Positions 16,519-24,011 are shown, counted from the first letter of the stretch. The stretch: 33,403 bases of DNA from a virus (IMGVR_UViG_3300044971_000339:1-33403), one strand, 5' to 3'. Made by a program: numbers and translations. The notes: generated by a model not told the origin, from the sequence alone.

Positions 16519-16814
16519 TTCAACTCTCCCGCTAGGAATCGCAACTCAACGATCCGAGCACATTCGCGTAGCTTCGAGACGTTGGTGCGCTTCATCACCT
16601 CAATCGCAATGGCTATGAATGTCTCCAACTCTGCACGCTCGTCGTCTCCCCAACCGATTAGCTCGGCAACACATTGTTGAAGTCGCTCATCCTTCATCTT
16701 TGCAACACGCTCGACAACGTATTCCAGATCGTCTCTATTTAGTGCTGCTCTGTTCTGAATGATTTCTTTCATCCTATTTGCCTGTTCTGCAACAAACCCT
16801 GCGTCCGGTTTCAT
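16515..16814 (-). CDS. Hypothetical protein
   Basis: Coupled by 4-nt overlaps on both sides. Confidence 0.7.
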   Translation of the reverse strand: MKPDAGFVAEQANRMKEIIQNRAALNRDDLEYVVERVAKMKDERLQQCVAELIGWGDDERAELETFIAIAIEVMKRTNVSKLRECARIVELRFLAGELK

Positions 16815-17002
16815 CGCTCCAGCTTCCCGTTTTCGTTGCCACCCGCGACTTCTAGCAAATCAACAGGAACCTCGTATGTGCTCCAGCGGTGCCCACAATC
16901 TGAACAATCCCGCAGACGCCACTTGTAATCGAACCTAGTGTCTTTCCGACTTTCTTTTACTTTCGAGTTCCATCCCCCACAACTCGTGCAAGCAGACATC
17001 AC
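16811..17002 (-). CDS. NrdR N-terminal-like zinc ribbon protein
   Basis: CTSCG..SKVKESR..RLRDCSDCGHRWSTYE. Confidence 0.78.
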   Translation of the reverse strand: MMSACTSCGGWNSKVKESRKDTRFDYKWRLRDCSDCGHRWSTYEVPVDLLEVAGGNENGKLER

Positions 17003-17370
17003 AACCTCACTTTTTTGCTCTCTAGCATCTCTTTCATCTGTTTAAGAATCGCCTTGCCTTCATCGGAAACGTGCTTCGGGGCTGGCAACGACACGGTTTG
17101 GCGCTGCTCAACACGATCAAAGTCGCGACACATACCCATGAACTCCGACAAGCTGGGAGGCCAGTCTCGCCCAAGGCTGGGCAGGTTTTCGATGACCTTG
17201 CGGATGACTTCAGGCTTGGTCTTGCGGAGGAACGTCTCCCAGGCTTCGTTCGCAGCCATGATGCCGTTGTCGTCCTCCATGTACATCGCCTTCACCTTCT
17301 GGTTGCCGTACATCACCGAGAAGTGCTGCATCATGCGTTCAGCGTAAGGGTAGCGGGATGGCATTGGCAT
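16999..17370 (-). CDS. Putative helicase loader (lambda P-like)
   Basis: Follows the initiator; WPPSLSEFMGMCR motif; start at 17370 or 17364. Confidence 0.6.
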   Translation of the reverse strand: MPMPSRYPYAERMMQHFSVMYGNQKVKAMYMEDDNGIMAANEAWETFLRKTKPEVIRKVIENLPSLGRDWPPSLSEFMGMCRDFDRVEQRQTVSLPAPKHVSDEGKAILKQMKEMLESKKVRL

Positions 17371-18076
17371 CTCCCATGTCGATGAAGTCATCTTTCCTTT
17401 CCCACGAACCAAAGATCAGTTCAGACTTTCGGTCATTTTTAGCTTGCTGTGTATTGGGGGAAACCCTAGTGTTGCGCACCCAGTTGCGCCACGTTGCAAG
17501 CCAATCGGCCTTCAACCCTTTGCTCCCAGGCTGCGCGATCCAATAGTCGCGGAACGCATCGAACGTCTTGCGCGGGTCGATGTCTGGACGCTCCTGCTTG
17601 CAGAAGTCAATCCACTCATCCGGCACCTCCTGAAGATCAAAGCGCGTCGAGCGCGGTTTCTTTTCTTTTATATGGTTACTGGTTATTGGTTCTTGGTTAT
17701 TGGTTAGTTGAACATCTGTTGGCTGTGTGTTGGACACTTGCTCAACAGGTGTTGAACTTGTGTTGATCCTGTGTTCAGCAGATGCTTTACCAGCCTTGCT
17801 TCGCTTGTGGATAAGTTCCTTGTACTCCTTGATTTCAGCGTCACAGCGAGTGTGATGCCAGCAACCATCTTCTAGCCTGAAGAACGAGACAAGGATTAAT
17901 TGGACGGTTTTTTCGTCAGTCCCAAGCTGAAAGGCAAGGGCTTCTATGTCATCTGGAAGTGGCCGCTCGCGGTCGTAGTACATCCAGATCAGACGCAGGT
18001 AGGCCATCGACTGAGCATCTGTCAGCCTAGCGGTCGCCTTGACGAAATCACCGATGTGGTGATGGTAGTAATGCAC
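17339..18076 (-). CDS. Replication initiator, DUF1376/YdaU family
   Basis: HYYHHHIGDF..AYLRLIWMYYDRERPLPDD N-terminal domain; FRDYW..DWLATWRNW C-terminal domain; GTG start with GGAG SD. Confidence 0.85.
   Translation of the reverse strand: MHYYHHHIGDFVKATARLTDAQSMAYLRLIWMYYDRERPLPDDIEALAFQLGTDEKTVQLILVSFFRLEDGCWHHTRCDAEIKEYKELIHKRSKAGKASAEHRINTSSTPVEQVSNTQPTDVQLTNNQEPITSNHIKEKKPRSTRFDLQEVPDEWIDFCKQERPDIDPRKTFDAFRDYWIAQPGSKGLKADWLATWRNWVRNTRVSPNTQQAKNDRKSELIFGSWERKDDFIDMGDANAIPLPLR
17673..17780. repeat. Putative replication origin: 5x 7-mer TGGTT(A/C)N plus 7x TGTTGAACA-like iterons
   Basis: 7-mers at 17673-17707; 9-mers begin at 17706, 17717, 17728, 17739, 17750, 17761 and 17772 (11-bp period); adjacent T-rich tract. 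Confidence 0.8.
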
Positions 18077-18080
18077 GAAC

Positions 18081-18209
18081 AATCTCCATCGGTGCTGGCC
18101 TATCCGGTGGAAATTCCGGCAGGTCGCACCCAGGACGGGTTAGAAACGGTCAGATAGACCAGCCCGATAAAGACTGTCCGCTGACCTGCTATGCGCTTTC
18201 CACGGCGCA
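18081..18209 (-). ncRNA. Structured 5' leader RNA of the replication initiator (candidate translational switch)
   Basis: Non-coding gap downstream of a sigma70-type promoter, containing several complementary segments including one that covers the SD. Confidence 0.65.
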
Positions 18210-18214
18210 GAACG

Positions 18215-18243
18215 ATCATACGAAAACAAAGTTTGCCTGTAAA
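18215..18243 (-). promoter_or_regulatory. Sigma70-type promoter for the replication genes
   Basis: TTTACA-N17-TATGAT on the minus strand. Confidence 0.75.
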
Positions 18244-18267
18244 GCCTTACACCAACCTTACAGGCAA
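18222..18267 (-). terminator. Possible terminator hairpin after the Cys-rich peptide gene, overlapping the -35 box
   Basis: TTGCCTGTAA (18233-18242) and TTACAGGCAA (18258-18267) are an inverted repeat, followed on minus by ACUUUGUUUU. Confidence 0.5.
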
Positions 18268-18272
18268 CCCTG

Positions 18273-18422
18273 CTAGAAACAATTGGTATTGCAATTCCCC
18301 CCAAAACAACAGGTAGTGCAAGTCACCATCCTGCCGTTGATTGTGTATGTGTGCGTGCTGCAAGCAGCGTAAGCAACACTCGCAACAAGTGAGAACAACA
18401 GACCTACTGCTACTTTTTTCAT
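18273..18422 (-). CDS. Secreted six-cysteine miniprotein (49 aa precursor)
   Basis: AAGGAGGT SD; MKK + hydrophobic core + AYA signal peptide; mature ACSTHTYTINGRMVTCTTCCFGGNCNTNCF. Confidence 0.85.
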   Translation of the reverse strand: MKKVAVGLLFSLVASVAYAACSTHTYTINGRMVTCTTCCFGGNCNTNCF

Positions 18423-18472
18423 CTCGACCTCCTTGTAGTGAAAAACACCTGCTATAGAACCTTTTCCCCGCA

Positions 18473-18760
18473 CTACTTGACACTGATTCTTCCAGCCTCG
18501 CATAGCGCAACCAACGTCTTGCGAAACGCATCCTCCCAGGCTTCCCGCCTTTCCTCTCCCGACATCTTCGCCCCCTGGTCGATGGCAAAGTGGCAGTGCT
18601 GACAAAGTGCCGCGGTAAAGCAGTCGTGCGACTTCATCCCCATGCCCTTACCGTATGCACCCCAGTTGGCATGAGCAGCTTGTGTCTGACCGTCCAGACC
18701 ACATCGCTGGCAGGATAGAGAGGCAACGGCTTTTAACCATGACTTACTGCGGAACATCAA
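18473..18760 (-). CDS. HNH-like nuclease (DUF968/Ref-like)
   Basis: RSKSWLKAVASLSCQRCG..AAH..GMGMKSHD..LCQHCH. Confidence 0.75.
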   Translation of the reverse strand: MMFRSKSWLKAVASLSCQRCGLDGQTQAAHANWGAYGKGMGMKSHDCFTAALCQHCHFAIDQGAKMSGEERREAWEDAFRKTLVALCEAGRISVK

Positions 18761-18944
18761 TCACCTCAACATGACAAGAGTGATGCAAGCTAGTCTCTCG
18801 ACCGTCGCGCTCCACAACGTGACGCATACCGGACGGGGTTCTGATCTCCAGGCGCAGGTAGGTATACACCTCACCCGTCCGTAATAGAATGAACCGCTGC
18901 CCCGGATTTACCCTTCGCACTCGCGTGACACTTTCTGAGTTCAT
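18744..18944 (-). CDS. Hypothetical protein
   Basis: GAGG before ATG; fills the operon gap. Confidence 0.6.
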   Translation of the reverse strand: MNSESVTRVRRVNPGQRFILLRTGEVYTYLRLEIRTPSGMRHVVERDGRETSLHHSCHVEVIDVPQ

Positions 18945-19182
18945 CCTCTAGTTCCCTCCTTGCTGGCATCCCTCTGGCCTTCTCTACCTGCTCCAGATGC
19001 TCCCTGCGTTTCTTGATCGGCCAGCGTAAAACCGTCTGAGCCTCGCAATAGAGCGCGTACTCTCTCGACTGCAGACCTACGGTGCCAGTAGGGAGGCTGA
19101 TGAGTCGTGCGTTGTCGTGTCTGCGTCCACACGCAAAACAGACATCTCGTCCGTCATCGTCAACCCGTGATTCGTCGCCCAT
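18871..19182 (-). CDS. Hypothetical protein (CEAQTVLRW..RREHLEQVEKARG)
   Basis: Phage-like motif with N-terminal CxxC; start uncertain because it overlaps ninB. Confidence 0.55.
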   Translation of the reverse strand: MGDESRVDDDGRDVCFACGRRHDNARLISLPTGTVGLQSREYALYCEAQTVLRWPIKKRREHLEQVEKARGMPARRELEDELRKCHASAKGKSGAAVHSITDG

Positions 19183-19511
19183 GCGAAAACCTTCTCAACG
19201 TAGTCTGAAAACTGACCCTTCGTCAGCCCTGTTGTAGTCGGCTCCTGCTCGACAATCTGACCGTTCGGAAGCTCGACAACCCTCCCAGGTAGATAGCGAG
19301 CCTTGAAGTAGCTATGCCAGATGTCGGGAGAGTGCTCCTTACCCTGCGGCCTGATCTGCTCGCTGATCGCTGTTAGGGTGGCCCAGTAGAACGAGTTTTG
19401 GGCGCTCGTTCGGTTGGGTGGCTGGATGGATACCACCCAACCCGGTTTAGCGGCTGATACGGCTTGCAATGCGCGTTTACGGGCAGTCTCGTTGGCTAGC
19501 GTGTAAATCAC
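19077..19511 (-). CDS. ninB: NinB/Orf-family recombination protein
   Basis: RTSAQNSFYWATLTAISEQ..WHSYFK..TTGLTKGQFSDYVEKVFAW. Confidence 0.85.
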   Translation of the reverse strand: MIYTLANETARKRALQAVSAAKPGWVVSIQPPNRTSAQNSFYWATLTAISEQIRPQGKEHSPDIWHSYFKARYLPGRVVELPNGQIVEQEPTTTGLTKGQFSDYVEKVFAWATNHGLTMTDEMSVLRVDADTTTHDSSASLLAP

Positions 19512-19813
19512 AGTTCAACCTCTTTCAGTTGCCACCTGTTGCCTTCCTTGAACCACCCATGTAGCACCACCCGCCACCCTGAACGCAGCATCTCTGGGTA
19601 AGCCTCGGCTTCTTCGATCTTGTGTTTGCGAGCAGACAGGTTTGACTTGCTTGTCACCTGGATTGCTACTGTCTCTCCGTGACCGATTGCCAGCAGATCG
19701 ATACAGCCCCACAAGTCATGCTTGCGCTTGGTGAAGCTGTTGTAGTGCTCGACTAGAGCCACCTGATAGCCTCGCTCTACAAGCAGCGCTTTACTTCGGG
19801 CTGTTAAGGTCAT
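19508..19813 (-). CDS. PD-(D/E)XK-like nuclease, possible resolvase
   Basis: LVERGYQV..DLWGCIDLLAI..VAIQVTS. Confidence 0.55.
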   Translation of the reverse strand: MTLTARSKALLVERGYQVALVEHYNSFTKRKHDLWGCIDLLAIGHGETVAIQVTSKSNLSARKHKIEEAEAYPEMLRSGWRVVLHGWFKEGNRWQLKEVEL

Positions 19814-20006
19814 AGTCCGGTCTCAACATTGCCAACGTCACTCGACCCCCTGTCAGTCGCTCGATCTCCACCGCACGATTGAGAGGGACTCGACCGGCTC
19901 GCCTCCAATTGTGGATAGCCTGCCGCTTGAGTCCCAACAAGCTGCACAGCTTTCCCTTGCCGCCGATGATTGCTGCTGCCAGCGCGATTGCCTGTTCCTG
20001 CGTCAT
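19791..20006 (-). CDS. cro: Cro/YdaS-like HTH regulator
   Basis: GGKGKLCSLLGLKRQAIHNW..VPLNRAVEIERLTGGRVTLAMLRPD; first gene of the leftward operon. Confidence 0.85.
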   Translation of the reverse strand: MTQEQAIALAAAIIGGKGKLCSLLGLKRQAIHNWRRAGRVPLNRAVEIERLTGGRVTLAMLRPDYDLNSPK

Positions 20007-20026
20007 GTCACCCCCGTAAAGTTGCG

Positions 20027-20055
20027 ATAGTATGACATTGTAGCGACATACGCAA
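20027..20055 (-). promoter_or_regulatory. Leftward early promoter
   Basis: TTGCGT-N17-TACTAT on minus, upstream of cro. Confidence 0.7.
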
Positions 20056-20096
20056 TACATAGGCGTTAGCCGTTGCCTATAGGTGTCGCAAGAACG

Positions 20097-20145
20097 ATAA
20101 AAATATTTATCCACACAATGCCAAAGAGATGACATATGATGTCAA
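20097..20145 (+). promoter_or_regulatory. Probable rightward early promoter
   Basis: TATGAT at 20135-20140 with an AT-rich upstream tract; the -35 match is poor (CACACA). Confidence 0.45.
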
Positions 20146-20173
20146 CCACTGCAACACAACAACCGAGGCAAAC

Positions 20174-20500
20174 ATGGACTACGACACTTGGCTAGAAGAA
20201 CCTGAACAGCGTGCTTGGGATCAGCACTACCGTTGGGAGCAAGAAGAACTTCGCAGGCTTCATGACATCGAGTTGTGGATCGAAACAGAAAACTCGAAAA
20301 TCATCTGGCGAGTCTGGGATGAGGTTGCGGGATGTAGCGACGATTGGTGCGAACTGTCGAAGCAAGTAACCATCGCAGTGTTAGACGGTCAAGACGCTAA
20401 GAAGATTGCACACTCGTTTATGACTCAACACTTTGCTACGCATTACAGCTTCTGGGAAGCATCGCTGCACCAGATCAACAAAGAAAGAGGTTGGAAATGA
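20174..20500 (+). CDS. Early hypothetical protein (MDYDTWLEEP...)
   Basis: GAGG SD before ATG at 20174. Confidence 0.75.
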   Translation: MDYDTWLEEPEQRAWDQHYRWEQEELRRLHDIELWIETENSKIIWRVWDEVAGCSDDWCELSKQVTIAVLDGQDAKKIAHSFMTQHFATHYSFWEASLHQINKERGWK

Positions 20501-20619
20501 GAATGGTTTTAGCCTACGCAGTTTTCGGAATACTCGGTGTCATGCTGGGCACAACAGCAGTCGATTTGCTTGTAGGATCGGAGTCAACCATAGGAGCCTT
20601 GTTTTGGCGCATCTTCTAG
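20497..20619 (+). CDS. 40-aa membrane peptide (MRMVLAYAVFGILGVMLG...LFWRIF)
   Basis: Translated by hand; ATGA coupling; GAGG SD; hydrophobic. Confidence 0.7.
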   Translation: MRMVLAYAVFGILGVMLGTTAVDLLVGSESTIGALFWRIF

Positions 20620-20819
20620 ACCTCGAATTCAAATGGGTATCAGCAGCAGCCACCAACGTAGAAGCAACCTGGAGAAAGTTCGGCTACATCCCGCCTAGCG
20701 AGCAACAGCACTACCAACAGAAATGGAAACGATTCAAAGATAACAACCATGAAACAGATAGCCCAAGCCCTAGTCAAGTCTCAGAAACAGTTCGGCCCAG
20801 CGCTAAAGTCAAGCAGTAA
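20604..20819 (+). CDS. Small phage protein (FKWVSAAATNVEATWRKFG)
   Basis: TTG start with GGAG upstream; in frame with track ORF 20433..20819. Confidence 0.6.
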   Translation: MAHLLDLEFKWVSAAATNVEATWRKFGYIPPSEQQHYQQKWKRFKDNNHETDSPSPSQVSETVRPSAKVKQ

Positions 20820-21300
20820 TCCGCACTTCAAGTCCCGATATGCCGACCTTGCAGCCTGTGTTGAAGCTGTAGTAGATGCTCTCAACGCTAACGGTATCGC
20901 TCTTATCCAGCAGACGCACGAATGCGCGGATGGAGTGATCGTCGAGACGGTGTTCGTCCACGAAAGCGGAGAGACGTTCTCAGGTGGCAAGCTGCATGTT
21001 CCTGCCAGCAAACACGATCCGCAGGGATACGGTTCGGCGCTTACCTACGCTCGCAGATATAGCCTTATGGCAGCGACCGGGATAGCACCAGAAGACGATG
21101 ACGGTAACGCTGCAAGTAAGAAACGCGATCCGCATCCGACCATCGAAAACCTGATCAACGCTTCGTCGCTGGATGATCTCAAAAACAAATACGCAGCCGC
21201 ATACAAAGCGTATCAGTCAGACAAAGAGTCCCTTGCACTGATCGAGCAAGCCAAGAACACCCGCAAACAGCAACTACTGGAGATCGACAATGCTAACTGA
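20749..21300 (+). CDS. erf: ERF-family single-strand annealing recombinase
   Basis: NPHFKSRYADL, HESGE, DPQGYGSALTYARRYSL and EDDDGN motifs. Confidence 0.93.
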   Translation: MKQIAQALVKSQKQFGPALKSSSNPHFKSRYADLAACVEAVVDALNANGIALIQQTHECADGVIVETVFVHESGETFSGGKLHVPASKHDPQGYGSALTYARRYSLMAATGIAPEDDDGNAASKKRDPHPTIENLINASSLDDLKNKYAAAYKAYQSDKESLALIEQAKNTRKQQLLEIDNAN

Positions 21301-21523
21301 AGCACAGAAACAGAAACTAAAGAACGCCTCCCGTATCAAGCGAGGCTATAAGCAAGGTGATGTTGACTTCAACGGAGACAACTTCTCGCTAGACCTCGCC
21401 ATCGCTGAATGCAAGATGGAGAACCCTGGAGCCTTCTGGACTAGCGAAACACTCATCCTGCGCCGGTTCTACCACAAGCCTCAGTTCCCCATCCCCTGCC
21501 AAGATTGGAAGGTGAGCAAATGA
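21290..21523 (+). CDS. Hypothetical protein
   Basis: GGAG SD; coupled to neighbours. Confidence 0.65.
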   Translation: MLTEAQKQKLKNASRIKRGYKQGDVDFNGDNFSLDLAIAECKMENPGAFWTSETLILRRFYHKPQFPIPCQDWKVSK

Positions 21524-21801
21524 CATACGGGTTAGCACGAAACGATGATCCCGATACCTCGCACGAGGCAGCATCCAGCATTAACGCAACACGCATCGAG
21601 CGCATCGTGCTGGAAGCCTTCTGGAAGTCACCTGGAGGGTTGATAGCGGAGGAAGTGGCGTTTCTCACAAGACTGCCTCTCAACACCGTTACGCCACGCA
21701 TAGCGCCTCTCGTGCGAAAGGGTTACATCATCCCAATCGGCAAGCGGAAATCTTCCTCTGGACGCAACCAACGGGTGCACAAATGGATCAGCGAAGCGTA
21801 G
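21520..21801 (+). CDS. Winged-HTH protein
   Basis: ARNDDPDTSHEAA N-motif; TVTPRIAPLVRKG..GRNQRV. Confidence 0.7.
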   Translation: MTYGLARNDDPDTSHEAASSINATRIERIVLEAFWKSPGGLIAEEVAFLTRLPLNTVTPRIAPLVRKGYIIPIGKRKSSSGRNQRVHKWISEA

Positions 21802-22385
21802 AGTGGATTGAGGCTAGGTTGGGCCATGCAACAGGCTCTCGGGCCTCCGATATGCTTGCAGGGAAAGACACGCAAGCCAGGAAGGGATACATCACCCAGC
21901 TTGTGACAGAGAGGCTTACAGGGATGTCGCAGGACTTCTACACGAATGCCGATATGCAGCGCGGTATAGAGGTGGAGCCTGTCGCACGAGCAGCGTATCA
22001 GGCGAACCACGAACTGGTGGACGAGGTGGGCTTCATCAAGCATCCGACTATCCTATGGTTCGGTGCTAGCCCTGACGGTCTGGTTGGGAGTGATGGACTG
22101 GTGGAGATCAAATGTCCCCGGTCAACAACTCATCTGGAGTACATCCAGGCTAAGAAACCACCAGCGAAGTACATCCCGCAGATGATGGCTCAGTTGTCAT
22201 GCACCGGCAGGAAATGGGTGGACTTCGTGTCATTCGACAACAGGTTCCCAGAGCACCTACAGTTGTTTGTTGTTCGGTTTGAACCCAGCGCGGAGGAACT
22301 GGAGAAGTTTGAAACGAAGGTCAAGGAATTTCTGTCTGAAGTTAATAACCTAATGGAGCAACTATGCCCATCGCATACGAAGTGA
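21783..22385 (+). CDS. YqaJ/lambda-type exonuclease
   Basis: QRSVEWIEARLG, GASPDGLV, VEIKCP, YIPQ and DFVSFD motifs. Confidence 0.93.
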   Translation: MDQRSVEWIEARLGHATGSRASDMLAGKDTQARKGYITQLVTERLTGMSQDFYTNADMQRGIEVEPVARAAYQANHELVDEVGFIKHPTILWFGASPDGLVGSDGLVEIKCPRSTTHLEYIQAKKPPAKYIPQMMAQLSCTGRKWVDFVSFDNRFPEHLQLFVVRFEPSAEELEKFETKVKEFLSEVNNLMEQLCPSHTK

Positions 22386-22567
22386 TCGCCACAACCGGAA
22401 CGTACACCAACAAGTCCGGTGAGGAAAAAAAACGCTGGCAGAAGATCGGCGTTGTCATGCAAACCAAGAACGGACTAGCTCTTAAGATGGAGTCCGTACC
22501 TGTCAACTGGGATGGCTGGGCAACGCTAGCTGAACCTAAACAGCGGGACAACGATGCACCATTCTGA
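22364..22567 (+). CDS. Small SSB-like protein
   Basis: GEEKKRWQKIG beta-rich core; acidic DNDAPF tail resembling the SSB C-terminus. Confidence 0.6.
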   Translation: MPIAYEVIATTGTYTNKSGEEKKRWQKIGVVMQTKNGLALKMESVPVNWDGWATLAEPKQRDNDAPF

Positions 22568-22766
22568 GGTAGACCACCCCGCTCACTACAACCAGGGTGA
22601 CATCGAGTGCATTGATGCGATAGCGGTTGCCTGCAAGAACCTGTCGGGACTGGAGGCTTTCTGTACAGGCAACGCTATCAAGTACCTCTGGAGGTGGAAG
22701 CAAAAGGGAGGAGTGCAAGACCTTCAGAAAGCTCAGTGGTACATCAACAAGCTCATATCATCTTGA
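22554..22766 (+). CDS. DUF3310 (SaV-like) protein
   Basis: VDHPAHY..IECIDAI..GNAIKYLWR..DLQKAQWY. Confidence 0.9.
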   Translation: MHHSEVDHPAHYNQGDIECIDAIAVACKNLSGLEAFCTGNAIKYLWRWKQKGGVQDLQKAQWYINKLISS

Positions 22767-23262
22767 GTGCTGCGGAGCGGACATCTTCAACACGCCGCTC
22801 CCAGCCTTTACCAAACACATCCCAGGTCTTGAGTTCTTTCAAGAACGCGAGTCGCTTGTTGCAATACAAGTTGATGAGATCAGCAGCAACCATTGACCTA
22901 GCAGCTTGCAGCGACATTGGACCAATAGCACCGTCTGGCTGAGTGCCTACACACTCCTGCAACCACTTTGCCGCTCGGCCAGCACCACTGTTGATAGCAG
23001 CGTCAAACACGATGTAGTCAACGCCAGAGGGTAGGTCGTCACCCTTCACCCGATCCCAATATTTCGACTTGTAGAGCGGAGCAACGTCGCTCGGCTGTAA
23101 GTCGCGCATATCCTGCTCGGTGACTGGATGACCGCACCACTCCTCCCAGACTGCTTTAGTGCAGCCAAGGTTGGTCATGCCGCCTGGGTCGGACGGGTGG
23201 TGAACGAAAGACCCTTCATGATGGAGAACGGCTTTCAGTGCGTTGTCCCAGTTCGAGTTCAT
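22753..23262 (-). CDS. Endolysin, glycoside hydrolase family 108 with peptidoglycan-binding C-terminus
   Basis: HEG..HPSDPGGMTNLG, YWD, FDAAINSG and FGKGW motifs. Confidence 0.93.
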   Translation of the reverse strand: MNSNWDNALKAVLHHEGSFVHHPSDPGGMTNLGCTKAVWEEWCGHPVTEQDMRDLQPSDVAPLYKSKYWDRVKGDDLPSGVDYIVFDAAINSGAGRAAKWLQECVGTQPDGAIGPMSLQAARSMVAADLINLYCNKRLAFLKELKTWDVFGKGWERRVEDVRSAALKMI

Positions 23263-23669
23263 TTCTTAGCCTTCATGTCGATGATTTTCTCCAGCGTTCT
23301 GCCGCCAAAGTAAAAGCTCATGATGAGCATCCCCCATTGGCCTAGAAGCTCAACGTAAGCCTGATTGGTGTTCTTATCGAACGCGCTCATCATCGCAAAC
23401 GTAAAGTAGCCGCATAGGATTGCGATCAGCGTCATCGGCCTGATGTTCTTGGACAGCCAGCTATCGCTGGCCATGTCGGCTTTCAACCTGTCAGTCAGGT
23501 TGTTCTGCTCGATCTCAAATAGCTTGGTTTCGTTGGCTAGCTTTGCAAGCTCACCATCCTGGTGGAGTTTTGCTAGCTCTGCCTTCGCCTTGTCTGCTAC
23601 CGCTTGATCTGGCAGCACCCGGTCAAGTATTTTGGAGCCAACCTCAAGTAGCGGGCCTAGCGGGATCAT
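23259..23669 (-). CDS. Holin (GTA 3TM holin-like)
   Basis: SDSWLSKNIRP..SFYFGGRTLEK; TM segments; adjacent to the endolysin. Confidence 0.8.
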   Translation of the reverse strand: MIPLGPLLEVGSKILDRVLPDQAVADKAKAELAKLHQDGELAKLANETKLFEIEQNNLTDRLKADMASDSWLSKNIRPMTLIAILCGYFTFAMMSAFDKNTNQAYVELLGQWGMLIMSFYFGGRTLEKIIDMKAKK

Positions 23670-23931
23670 CTTTGTCCTTTGAAATCATATTGGCTGCTGC
23701 ATACGCACCTTTGCGCCCGACGATCCCGCCGACAGCGCCGATGCACAAAAGCATGATGTCTTTAAGGATCGCCATGAATTGCGTGTCAATCGGGCTGATG
23801 CGTTCCATGTCGTGCTCGACAAACAGCACACCAAGAATGATGCCGATGACGGAGGAAACTAGGATGCCGGTTAGCGATAGGGCAATGACTGCCCAAACCC
23901 TAACTTCGACCTCCTCTGTACTCATCTTCAT
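23644..23931 (-). CDS. Two-TM membrane protein of the lysis cassette
   Basis: Start at MKMSTEE; two hydrophobic segments. Confidence 0.7.
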   Translation of the reverse strand: MKMSTEEVEVRVWAVIALSLTGILVSSVIGIILGVLFVEHDMERISPIDTQFMAILKDIMLLCIGAVGGIVGRKGAYAAANMISKDKDDPARPAT

Positions 23932-24011
23932 GTCGAAATCCTTGCGAGAAATAGCATCAGCACCTCGATAAACAAGATGCTGACCACCAGAAACTTTATT
24001 GCCCCGGCCAT
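23928..24011 (-). CDS. 27-aa hydrophobic peptide (MAGAIKFLVVSILFIEVLMLFLARIST)
   Basis: Translated by hand; fills the gap and ends in an ATGA overlap with the next gene. Confidence 0.5.
   Translation of the reverse strand: MAGAIKFLVVSILFIEVLMLFLARIST

Noticed and set aside
18039-18071. Plus-strand promoter for an antisense RNA to the leader (TTGACG at 18039)
   Set aside because: No acceptable -10 at 16-18 bp spacing; an antisense RNA cannot be supported from sequence alone
18081-18209. tRNA or CRISPR interpretation of the structured gap
   Set aside because: No cloverleaf with TTC T-loop or CCA end, and no repeat-spacer periodicity
18247-18605. Long track ORFs 18247..18588 and 18273..18605
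   Set aside because: They overlap the HNH-like gene; only the 49-aa ORF from 18422 has a strong SD and signal peptide
91-19500. Many plus-strand ORFs in the track (e.g. 91..741, 3655..4110, 5902..6486, 6547..7053)
   Set aside because: They are antisense shadows of well-supported minus-strand genes, with no motifs or RBS
20007-20135. Extended N-terminus of Cro in the track
   Set aside because: It runs through the promoter region; ATG at 20006 is preceded by GGGGGTG and gives a typical Cro length
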